Below are positions 20,043 to 29,233 of a DNA stretch of 64,000 nt, piece by piece. Both the position numbers and the translations under genes were made by a program. Position 1 is the stretch's first letter. Each line of letters begins with the position of its first letter. The DNA is from Candidatus Babeliales bacterium. Its GTDB lineage: Bacteria > Babelota > Babeliae > Babelales > Vermiphilaceae. Where the stretch lies: assembly GCA_963743635.1 (NCBI GenBank), contig CAVUQO010000002.1, forward strand, positions 128,001 through 192,000. Direction: 5' to 3'. Below the pieces are notes generated by a model, which was not told the DNA's origin, did no database searches, and saw only the letters and a list, made by a program, of their open reading frames with translations.

Positions 20043-21644
20043 ATGAATATACGAAATATAGCAGCGCTTTATGCCATGTTAGTAGTTGGGTATGTAACGT
20101 ACACGATGGAGCCGGTGGGCGGAGGCGAATCATCAGCAATGGCAGCTGCGCGAGGAGCAGGGCGTCAAATTCCGAGGCTGGAGGAGATAGCTGCTGAAGC
20201 AGTAGCGCGTCAAATTCATGATCAGAAAAAGACATCATTTACGGACGTGCCATTCATGGAAAAGGGTGAGACGCGATTGGATGAATTTCCAGAGCTGATG
20301 CAGGAGTTAGTAGCAGAGGCATATTATCGATTGTATCCCGAAGAGATTTGCACGCGGGTCGTTGCTGCACCTGAGCGGGTACAAGAAATCCCAGCTAGTT
20401 TGGGTGGATTGGCAGCTCTTCCTGATGGCGGTTTCGTTGGTTTTTTTACTGAATGGGAGACTTTACATGAGTCCATAGAGTATTGGCGAATGGGAGCTGA
20501 CAATCAGTTTCACCGATCACAAATAGTAACAAGACAGAATATGAATAATAGGTTGATTGGCTCAATAGCGGTGAGCCCAGATGGTAATCTCCTAGCCGCG
20601 CAGATGAGATCTGGCGTTTTTGTGTATGAGCGTGGGGATGATGGTCAATTTACTTTACTACAAGAAGTCCCCATCCAAGTAGAAGATACTGATAGGTTTA
20701 TCCAACTGGCTGTCCACCATAGTGAAGCAAGCAAAACGCTTGTTGTGGCATATGTAAAGCCAGGTCATCAACGAGTGTTTGATATTTTTGCGTGGGATAA
20801 TCGGCGTAATAGTTTTTTCCGTGAACAAGAAATTACCCATAATGAAGAATGGATAAACGAGATAAATTTCGATGGAACGGGCAATTATTTTGCTTGTGCA
20901 TCCAGTACTAAAGTAGAGATATGGTCAAAAAATTCGAGCGCGGGATTGTGGTCAAGCAAAGAAGTATTAATACTATCCGGGGCACCATTTTGGGCGAATT
21001 CGGTAGCTTTCAGTCCAGATAACAGATTTATACTAACTAGTCAGCCGGCAAGCTTTACTCTTTGGAGAATGAGTCAACAGGGCACCATTACGTTGGTGCA
21101 GGATATTGACGTTCCTGGAAATTATTACAGGATATGCAATTTTAGTCGCGATAGTAGTCGTTTTGCATTGATAAGTTACAATGGCTGGAGAGCTACTATT
21201 TGGAATCTGAATAGAACAAATAATGAGGTTAAGCGCATATATAGTTTGGGGGAATCAAGGTGTCTCACGGCGCTATTTATTGGTGATGAGTATCTTGCGC
21301 TCGGTGCGGGGAGGACGATTGAGATTTGGCATGTACCGCAACCTACTGTCGAACAAATATGGAATTACATACTCACCTACTCTGATATGCCTGAGCTCGA
21401 AGAGCCGCAACCCATAGCAGAAAGTTCTACGAGCAGCTCACCATCATCGGTTGCTACGAATGAGCCTGTGGTATTAAGTCCTGCGCAAGAATTGCAAGCG
21501 ATCGTTGAACAGAAAAAAGCGATTAAGGCGAATAGATCGCTTACGCCTGCGCAAAAAGAAGAGCAGCTCAATGCGTTGCGAGCGCGTGAGCGGCAATTGA
21601 AAGCGCAGTGCGAGCAACAAGGGACTTCTTGCACGCTGCAGTGA
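20043..21644 (+). CDS. Exported WD40/beta-propeller protein with BC-box-like motif and C-terminal CaaX (CTLQ)
   Basis: SIAVSPDG, SVAFSPDN, VEIWS, IEIWH blades; PRLEEIAAEAV; ends CTLQ. Confidence 0.75.
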   Translation: MNIRNIAALYAMLVVGYVTYTMEPVGGGESSAMAAARGAGRQIPRLEEIAAEAVARQIHDQKKTSFTDVPFMEKGETRLDEFPELMQELVAEAYYRLYPEEICTRVVAAPERVQEIPASLGGLAALPDGGFVGFFTEWETLHESIEYWRMGADNQFHRSQIVTRQNMNNRLIGSIAVSPDGNLLAAQMRSGVFVYERGDDGQFTLLQEVPIQVEDTDRFIQLAVHHSEASKTLVVAYVKPGHQRVFDIFAWDNRRNSFFREQEITHNEEWINEINFDGTGNYFACASSTKVEIWSKNSSAGLWSSKEVLILSGAPFWANSVAFSPDNRFILTSQPASFTLWRMSQQGTITLVQDIDVPGNYYRICNFSRDSSRFALISYNGWRATIWNLNRTNNEVKRIYSLGESRCLTALFIGDEYLALGAGRTIEIWHVPQPTVEQIWNYILTYSDMPELEEPQPIAESSTSSSPSSVATNEPVVLSPAQELQAIVEQKKAIKANRSLTPAQKEEQLNALRARERQLKAQCEQQGTSCTLQ

Positions 21645-21856
21645 TCTAAGATAAGAATAACAGGATTGTTAAGGAGTAAATGGGATGAATGCAAGAAACA
21701 TGCTCGCGCTCGGCGCAATCTCACTGGGTATGTAATGTATTCGATGCAGCAGGCGGGTGAATGCCGCAACTGAGTGCAACATGAACGATCGTGATTGGCT
21801 TGCAGGGCGGAAGAAATAAAGGCTTTAATGAACACTCCTAATTGAATTTATGAGCT

Positions 21857-21903
21857 AAAAAAGAACCGAGCGGACTTTTTAGATCCGCCCGGTTCTTTTT
21901 TTT
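21857..21903 (-). terminator. Terminator hairpin, copy 1 of 3 (one after each YVTN paralog)
   Basis: AAAAAAGAACCGAGCGGA-CTTTTTAGA-TCCGCCCGGTTCTTTTTT. Confidence 0.8.
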
Positions 21904-21917
21904 GCTCTATGCATTAA

Positions 21918-23873
21918 TCAGCAAGACTGTGTTACCGTAACGCTCTTTGCGGTAGAAACATTGCCATTGCCATCAACTGACACGATGTAATAACTATACA
22001 CGTCGTTTGGATTGCGATTGTGATCATAATATTGTAGTGAGCCACTTGCAGATACCGTTGCCACAAGCTGCGTTAATCCCGCATCGCGATAGATCTTATA
22101 GGCCACTGGCGATGATCCGCTTGCAGGCGCTGTCCAAGTGATGTTGTTGATGTAATCAGTTTGAAGCAGGAATCTATTCTGCGTTTTACATCCATTTACT
22201 GATGCAGGGGGCAAGATGGATATGCATGGTCCTACGGTAACGCTTGCTGGCTGTGACTTATCACCATAACCATCGACAGAGACTATGTAATAGATGTAGC
22301 TCATATTAGGGTCTAACCCGGTTAATTCATACATAAATGAGTCATAGCCATATGCGAGTACCGTCGCAACTAAATGAGTTAACGATGCATCACTATAGAT
22401 TTCATATTCTACCGGCGTTGCACCAGATGTAGGCACTTCCCACGTAATCGTATAATTTTTGTCTAATGAACATGAACTGGTTACGGCTGAGGGTGGGAAT
22501 AACTCTGGATAGCAAAATACTGATAAAGTAATGGTCGCAGGATCTGACGTAATTCCATCATAGACTGAATAGATATTATAAGTGTAGGTCGTGTTTGGAT
22601 CTAAACCAGCATCTTCATATTCGAATGGGCCATAGCCATATCCCGGCACGATAGCAATCAGATCGGCACCTCGATAGATGTTATATGAGGTTGGTAGAAG
22701 ACCTGAAGCTGGAGCATCCCAGGTTAATGTATTGGTTATGGTGATACCCTGCTGTAGGATACATCCGCTTAAATTCGTAGGAGCAAGTGGAGATATTCCA
22801 ATGATACTGACTGAAGAACCAGAAAAATTACAGACATATGCCTTTGACCTATCCGGCGTTATTGCGATTGATATAGGATCACTAAATCCGCACGATGAAT
22901 ATGCTCCTGGTACATCTACGCAATCAATGACAGTATCAGTATTAAGATCAATCACACTCACCGTACCATTGCCAGAATTACATACATATGCCTTTGTTCC
23001 TGTTATTGCGATCGCCTGAGGATTATTCAATCCGCAAGATGAATATGCTCCTGGTACATCTACGCAATCAATGACAGTATCAGTATTAATATCAATCACA
23101 CTCACTGTAGAATTGCCAGAATTACATACATATGCCTTTGTCCCAGTTATTGCAATTGCGTAAGGCTCATTAAAGCCGCATGAAGAATATGTTCCTGGTA
23201 CATTCACGCAATCAATGACAGTATCAGTATTAGCATCAATCACACTCACTGTAGCATTGCCATAATTACATACGTATGCCTTTGTCCCATCCGGCGTTAT
23301 TGCGATCGCTAGAGGAGCACTCAATGCGCATGAAGAATATGTTACTGGTACATCCACGCAATGAATTACATTATTAGTATCAAGATCAATTACACTCACC
23401 GAACTACCACCCAGATTACATACATATGCCTTTGTTCCTGTTATTGCAATTGCGTAAGGGTAATTAAATCCGCAGGATGAAGCATCTACGCAACCAATGA
23501 CGCTATCAGTCTCAACATCAATCACACTTACTGTAGAACTGCTAGAATTACATACATATGCCTTTGTTCCTGTTATTGCAATCGCGGTAGGAGCATCAAA
23601 TCCGCATGCTGCATATGCATCGGGTACATTCACGCAATCAGTTACACTATTGGTTTCAAGATTAATCACGCTTACCGAATCACCTCTATAATTACATACA
23701 TATGCCTTTAGCCCATTCGGCGTTATTGCGATTGCCTGAGGCTCATTAAATCCGCACGATGAAAGATAAGCTCCTGGTACATCCACGCAACCAATCACCG
23801 TATCCGCGTGCATACTCTGCACCATTGCGAGCACCAGAACACTAAAATACACAATACTCTTTCTAAATCTCAT
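21918..23873 (-). CDS. Exported YVTN/YncE-type beta-propeller (7 blades) + 3 FN3-like domains
   Basis: Seven AIAIT..G.KAYVCN...SVSVID repeats; FN3-like LTW..P....Y.IYR..YTY.I.SV. Confidence 0.88.
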   Translation of the reverse strand: MRFRKSIVYFSVLVLAMVQSMHADTVIGCVDVPGAYLSSCGFNEPQAIAITPNGLKAYVCNYRGDSVSVINLETNSVTDCVNVPDAYAACGFDAPTAIAITGTKAYVCNSSSSTVSVIDVETDSVIGCVDASSCGFNYPYAIAITGTKAYVCNLGGSSVSVIDLDTNNVIHCVDVPVTYSSCALSAPLAIAITPDGTKAYVCNYGNATVSVIDANTDTVIDCVNVPGTYSSCGFNEPYAIAITGTKAYVCNSGNSTVSVIDINTDTVIDCVDVPGAYSSCGLNNPQAIAITGTKAYVCNSGNGTVSVIDLNTDTVIDCVDVPGAYSSCGFSDPISIAITPDRSKAYVCNFSGSSVSIIGISPLAPTNLSGCILQQGITITNTLTWDAPASGLLPTSYNIYRGADLIAIVPGYGYGPFEYEDAGLDPNTTYTYNIYSVYDGITSDPATITLSVFCYPELFPPSAVTSSCSLDKNYTITWEVPTSGATPVEYEIYSDASLTHLVATVLAYGYDSFMYELTGLDPNMSYIYYIVSVDGYGDKSQPASVTVGPCISILPPASVNGCKTQNRFLLQTDYINNITWTAPASGSSPVAYKIYRDAGLTQLVATVSASGSLQYYDHNRNPNDVYSYYIVSVDGNGNVSTAKSVTVTQSC

Positions 23874-23963
23874 GGGCTTCTCCTTATAAATAGTTGGGGT
23901 TTATATATTTCTATACATACTCCATCGCCAATCCAAAGATCAAATCATTTTTCTAAAAACAGC

Positions 23964-24006
23964 AAAAAAAGAACCGAGCGGACTTTTGAGATCCGCTCGG
24001 TTCTTT
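23964..24006 (-). terminator. Terminator hairpin, copy 2
   Basis: GAACCGAGCGGA-CTTTTGAGA-TCCGCTCGGTTC with A-run on + strand. Confidence 0.8.
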
Positions 24007-24024
24007 CTTAGCTCTATGCATTAA

Positions 24025-25983
24025 TCAGCAAGACTGTGTTACCGTAACGCTCTTTGCAGTAGAAACATTGCCATTGGCGTCAACTGACACGATGTAATAA
24101 CTATACACGTCGCTTGGATTGCGATTGTGATCATAATATTGTAATGAACCACTTGCAGAAACCGTTGCCACAAGCTGCGTTAATCCCGCATCGCGATAGA
24201 TCTTATAGGCCACTGGCGATGATCCGCTTGCGGGTGCTGTCCAAGTGATGTTGTTGATGAAATCAGTTTGTAGCAGGAATCTATCTTGCGTTTTGCAGCC
24301 ATTTACTGATGCAGGGGGCAAGATGGATATGCATGGTCCGACGGTAACGCTTGCTGGCTGTGATTTATAACCATACCCATCGACAGAGACGATGTAATAG
24401 ATGTAGCTCATATTAGGGTCTAACCCGGTTAATTCATACATAAATGAGTCATAGCCATATGCGAGTACCGTCGCAACTAAATGAGTTAACGATGCATCAC
24501 TATAGATTTCATATTCTACCGGCGTTGCACCAGATGTAGGCACTTCCCACGTAATCGTATAATTTTTGTCTAATGAACATGAACTGGTTACGGCTGAGGG
24601 TGGGAATAACTCTGGATAGCAAAATACTGATAAAGTAATGGTCGCAGGATTTGATGTGATTCCATCATAGACTGAATAGATGGAATAAGTGTAGGTCATG
24701 TTTGCATCTAAACCAGCATCTTCATACTCGAATGGGCCATAGCCATATCCCGGCACGGTAGCAATCAGATCGGAACCTCGATAGATCTGATATGAGGTTG
24801 GTAGAAGACCTGAAGTTGGAGCATCCCAGCTTAATGTATTGGTTATGGTGATTCCCTGCTGTAGGATACATCCGCTTAAATTCGTAGGGGCAAGTGGAGA
24901 TATTCCAATGATACTGACTGAACGATTCCCCCGATTGCATACATATGCCTTTGACCCATCCGGCGTTATTGCGATCGCTACAGGATAGTCAAATCCGCAC
25001 GATGAAAGAAATGCTTCTGGTACATCGACGCAACCAATTACCGTATCAGTATTAACATCAATCACACTCACCGAAGAAGCATTACATACATAAGCCTTTG
25101 TTCCAGTTATTGCGATTGCATAAAGACCAGCAAATTCACAATATGCTGAATACGCATCTGGTACATTCACGCAACCAATTACAGTATTAGTATTAACATC
25201 AATCACACTCACTGTAGAAGTGCCATAATTACCTACATATGCCTTTTGCCCATCCGGCGTTATTGCGATCGCCTGAGGCAAATCAAATCTGCAATATGAT
25301 CCATCAACACAATCAATGACAGTATCAGTTTCAACATCAATCACACTCACTGTAGAAGTGCCAAAATTACATACATATGCCTTTGACCCATCCGGCGTTA
25401 TTGCGATCGCTATAGGATTATTAAATACACATGAATATGCTCCAGTATCCACGCAACCACTGACACTATTGGTTTCAAGATTAATCACACTTACCGAATA
25501 ACCATTATAATTACATACATATGCTTTTTCCCCATTCGGCGTTATTGCAATTGCCGTAGGAGCATTAAATGTACACGATGAATATGCTCCTGGTACATTC
25601 ACGCAATCAATGACGCTATTAGTCTCAACATCAATCACACTTACCGAATAACCACTATAATTACATACATATGCCTTTTGCCCATTCGGCGTTATTGCAA
25701 TTCCCCAAGCATTATTAAATGGGCAATATGGAGAATATGCTTCGGGTACATTCACGCAATCACTAACACTATTGGTTTCAAGATTAATCACACTTACCGA
25801 ATCACTATTGCCTACATATGCCTTTAGCCCATTCGGCGTTATTGCGATCGCCTTAGGATAGAATTCGCATGATAAATATGCTTCTGGCACATCCACGCAA
25901 CCAATTACCGTATCCGCGTGCATACCCTGCACCATTGCGAGCACCAGAACACTAAAATACAAAATACTCTTTCTAAATCTCAT
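24025..25983 (-). CDS. YVTN beta-propeller (7 blades) + FN3-like paralog 2
   Basis: Seven KAYV(C/G)N repeats; C-terminal ~290 aa nearly identical to paralog 1. Confidence 0.88.
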   Translation of the reverse strand: MRFRKSILYFSVLVLAMVQGMHADTVIGCVDVPEAYLSCEFYPKAIAITPNGLKAYVGNSDSVSVINLETNSVSDCVNVPEAYSPYCPFNNAWGIAITPNGQKAYVCNYSGYSVSVIDVETNSVIDCVNVPGAYSSCTFNAPTAIAITPNGEKAYVCNYNGYSVSVINLETNSVSGCVDTGAYSCVFNNPIAIAITPDGSKAYVCNFGTSTVSVIDVETDTVIDCVDGSYCRFDLPQAIAITPDGQKAYVGNYGTSTVSVIDVNTNTVIGCVNVPDAYSAYCEFAGLYAIAITGTKAYVCNASSVSVIDVNTDTVIGCVDVPEAFLSSCGFDYPVAIAITPDGSKAYVCNRGNRSVSIIGISPLAPTNLSGCILQQGITITNTLSWDAPTSGLLPTSYQIYRGSDLIATVPGYGYGPFEYEDAGLDANMTYTYSIYSVYDGITSNPATITLSVFCYPELFPPSAVTSSCSLDKNYTITWEVPTSGATPVEYEIYSDASLTHLVATVLAYGYDSFMYELTGLDPNMSYIYYIVSVDGYGYKSQPASVTVGPCISILPPASVNGCKTQDRFLLQTDFINNITWTAPASGSSPVAYKIYRDAGLTQLVATVSASGSLQYYDHNRNPSDVYSYYIVSVDANGNVSTAKSVTVTQSC

Positions 25984-26069
25984 GAGCTTCTCCTTATAAA
26001 TATTTGGGGTTTATATATTCTATACTCCATCGCCAATCCAAAGATCAAATCATTTTGCTAAAAACAGGT

Positions 26070-26115
26070 AAAAAACGAACCGAGCGGACTTTTTAGATCC
26101 GCCCGGTTCGTTTTT
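26070..26115 (-). terminator. Terminator hairpin, copy 3
   Basis: AAAAACGAACCGAGCGGA...TCCGCCCGGTTCGTTTTT. Confidence 0.8.
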
Positions 26116-26131
26116 ATGCTTTATGCATTAA

Positions 26132-29100
26132 TCAGCAAGACTGTGTTACCGTAACGCTGTTTGCAGTAGAAACATTGCCATTGACATCAACTGACACGAT
26201 GTAATAATTATACACGTCGTTTGGATTGCGATTGTGATCATAATATTGTAGTGAGCCACTTGCAGATACTGTTGCCACAAGCTGCGTTAATCCCGCATTG
26301 CGATAGATCTTATAGGCCACTGGCGATGATCCGCTTGCAGGCGCTGTCCAAGTGATGTTGTTGATGTAATCAGTTTGAAGCAGGAATCTATTCTGCATTT
26401 TACATCCATTTATTGATGCAGGGGGCAAGATGGATATGCATGGTCCTACGGTAACGCTTGCTGGTTGTGACTTATCACCATAACCATCGACAGAGACTAT
26501 GTAATAGATGTAGCTCATATTAGGGTCTAACCCGGTTAATTCATACATAAATGAGTCATAGCCATATGCGAGTACCGTCGCAACTAAATGAGTTAACGAT
26601 GCATCACTATAGATTTCATATTCTACCGGCGTTGCACCAGACGTAGGCACTTCCCACGTAATCGTATAATTTTTGTCTAACGAACATGAACTGCTCAATC
26701 CAGATGGGGGGAATAATTCCGGATAACAAAATACTGATAAAGTAATAGTCGCAGGATCTGACGTAATTCCATCATAGACTGAATAGATATTATAAGTGTA
26801 GGTCATATTTGGATTCAAACGAGCATCTTCATACTCGAATGGGCCATAGCCATATCCCGGCACAGTAGCAATCAAAGTTGCACCTCGATAGACCTGATAT
26901 GAAGTTGGCAGAAAACCTGAAGTCGGGGCATCCCAAACTAAGGTGTTGGTTATAGTGGTTCCTTGTTGTAATATACATCCGCTTAAATTCGTAGGAGCAA
27001 GTGGAGGCTGTGCGGCAATGATACTTATTGAATTACCATTATAATTACATACATATGCCTTTGCCCCATTCGGCGTTATTGCGATCCCCTGAGGACCATT
27101 AAAGCTGCACGCTGAATATGCATCTGGTACATCCACGCAGCCAATGACTGTATCACTCGCAACATCAACCACGCTTACTGATCCTCCACCATTATAATTA
27201 CATACATATATCTTTGAACCATCCGGCGTTATTGCAATCGCAACAGGATTATTAAATCCGCATGCCGAATATGCTCCTGGTACATCCACGCAACGAATTA
27301 CGCTATCAGTTTCAACATTAATTACGCTCACTATACCATCAAAACTATTACATACATATGCCTTTTCCCCATTCGGCGTTATTGCAATCGCAAGAGGATT
27401 ATTAAATCCGCATGCTGAATATGCTCCTGGTACATCCACGCAACCAATGACCGTATCAGTCACCACATCAATTACGCTCACCGTATTACTATCAGCATTA
27501 CATACATATGCCTTTGAACCATCCGTCGTTATTGCAACCGCCTGAGGCCCATTAAAGCCGCAATATGACGAATATACTCCTGGTACATCCACGCAACCAA
27601 TGACTGTATCACTCGCAACATCAATTACGCTTACTGAATTATAACTCGTATTACATACATATGCCTTTTCCCCATTCGGCGTTATTGCAATTGCCTGAGG
27701 AGCATTAAATCCACAATATGGAGAATATGCTGCTGGTACATCCACGCAACCAACGACCGTATCACTCGCAACATTAATCACGCTTACTGAATTATTACCC
27801 GTATTACATACATATGCCTTTTCCCCATTCGGCGTTATTGCAATTGCCTGAGGAGCATTAAATCCACAATATGGAGAATATGCTCCTGGTACATCCACGC
27901 AACCAACGACCGTATCACTCGCAACATTAATCACGCTCACCGAATTATTAGCCCAGTTACATACATACGCCTTTTTCCCATTTGGCGTTATTGCAACTGT
28001 CTGAGGTTCATAAATTTCGCATGCTGAATATACCCCTGGGGCATGCACGCAACCAATGGCTTTATCACTCGCAACCTCAATCACACTCACCGAATAGCCG
28101 TTAATATTACATACATAAGCTTCTGTTCCATACGGCGTTATTGCAATCGCAACAGGATTATTAAATCCGCATGCTGAATATGCTTCTGGTACATCCACGC
28201 AATCAATGACCGTATTAGTCGCAACATCAATTACGCTTACCGTATTACTATCAGGATTACATACATATGCCTTTGAGCCATCCGTCGTTATTGCGATTGC
28301 CTGAGGCCGATTAAAGCCGCATGCCGAATATGCCCCTGGTACATCCACGCAACCAACGACCGTATCAGTCGCAACATCAATTGCGGTTACCGTATTATTG
28401 CCCGTATTACATACATAAGCCTTTGAACCATCCGGCGTTATCGCGATAGATCCAGGAAGGTTGAAGAAGCACGATGCATATGCCCCTGGTACATCCACGC
28501 AACCAACCACCGTATTAGTCGCAACATCAACCACGCTTACTGAGCCGACATTATTACATACATATGCCTTTGAACCATTCGGCGTTATTGCAATCGCAAC
28601 AGGATTATTAAATCCGCATGCCGAATATGCCCCTGGTACATCCACGCAACCAACGACCGTATCAGTCGCAACATCAATTACGCTTACTGAATTACCGATC
28701 TCATTACAGACATATGCCTTTGAACCATCCGGCGTTATTGCAATCGCAACAGGATTATTAAATCCGCATGCCGAATATGCCCCTGGTACATCCACGCAAC
28801 CAACGACCGTATCAGTCGCAACATTAATCACGCTCACCGAGCCGACATTATTACAGACATATGCCTTTGAACCCTCCGGCGTTATGGCGATCGCTTTAGG
28901 ATAAGTAAATCCGCAAGAAGAATATGCTTCTGGTACATCCACGCAACCAATGATCGTATTATTCGCAACATCAATTGCGATTACCGAATTACCATTACTA
29001 TTACATACATAAGCCTTTGAACCATCCGGCGTTATGGCAATCGCGTTAGGAGCACTAAAGTTGCACGCTAATCCATTAATGCAACCAATGACCGTATCCG

Positions 29101-29176
29101 GCACTACTCCATGCATGCTCTGCACCACTGCGAGCACTATAAAACCTAAAAATAAAATATTTTTCCTGAACTTCAT
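26132..29176 (-). CDS. YVTN beta-propeller (14 blades) + FN3-like paralog 3
   Basis: Fourteen YVCN repeats; same C-terminal region as paralogs 1 and 2. Confidence 0.88.
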   Translation of the reverse strand: MKFRKNILFLGFIVLAVVQSMHGVVPDTVIGCINGLACNFSAPNAIAITPDGSKAYVCNSNGNSVIAIDVANNTIIGCVDVPEAYSSCGFTYPKAIAITPEGSKAYVCNNVGSVSVINVATDTVVGCVDVPGAYSACGFNNPVAIAITPDGSKAYVCNEIGNSVSVIDVATDTVVGCVDVPGAYSACGFNNPVAIAITPNGSKAYVCNNVGSVSVVDVATNTVVGCVDVPGAYASCFFNLPGSIAITPDGSKAYVCNTGNNTVTAIDVATDTVVGCVDVPGAYSACGFNRPQAIAITTDGSKAYVCNPDSNTVSVIDVATNTVIDCVDVPEAYSACGFNNPVAIAITPYGTEAYVCNINGYSVSVIEVASDKAIGCVHAPGVYSACEIYEPQTVAITPNGKKAYVCNWANNSVSVINVASDTVVGCVDVPGAYSPYCGFNAPQAIAITPNGEKAYVCNTGNNSVSVINVASDTVVGCVDVPAAYSPYCGFNAPQAIAITPNGEKAYVCNTSYNSVSVIDVASDTVIGCVDVPGVYSSYCGFNGPQAVAITTDGSKAYVCNADSNTVSVIDVVTDTVIGCVDVPGAYSACGFNNPLAIAITPNGEKAYVCNSFDGIVSVINVETDSVIRCVDVPGAYSACGFNNPVAIAITPDGSKIYVCNYNGGGSVSVVDVASDTVIGCVDVPDAYSACSFNGPQGIAITPNGAKAYVCNYNGNSISIIAAQPPLAPTNLSGCILQQGTTITNTLVWDAPTSGFLPTSYQVYRGATLIATVPGYGYGPFEYEDARLNPNMTYTYNIYSVYDGITSDPATITLSVFCYPELFPPSGLSSSCSLDKNYTITWEVPTSGATPVEYEIYSDASLTHLVATVLAYGYDSFMYELTGLDPNMSYIYYIVSVDGYGDKSQPASVTVGPCISILPPASINGCKMQNRFLLQTDYINNITWTAPASGSSPVAYKIYRNAGLTQLVATVSASGSLQYYDHNRNPNDVYNYYIVSVDVNGNVSTANSVTVTQSC

Positions 29177-29233
29177 GACATTCTCCTTATATGTATAATA
29201 TTGACTTTAATATCCTATGCTCTATCGCTAATT

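Noticed and set aside
22800..29100. Regular ~140-bp DNA repeats resembling a CRISPR array
   Set aside because: They are in-frame coding repeats of propeller blades; no constant repeat/unique spacer structure and no cas genes.
21918..29176. Diversity-generating retroelement behind propeller variation
   Set aside because: No reverse transcriptase or non-coding template repeat in the window; variation includes indels and is not visibly adenine-specific.
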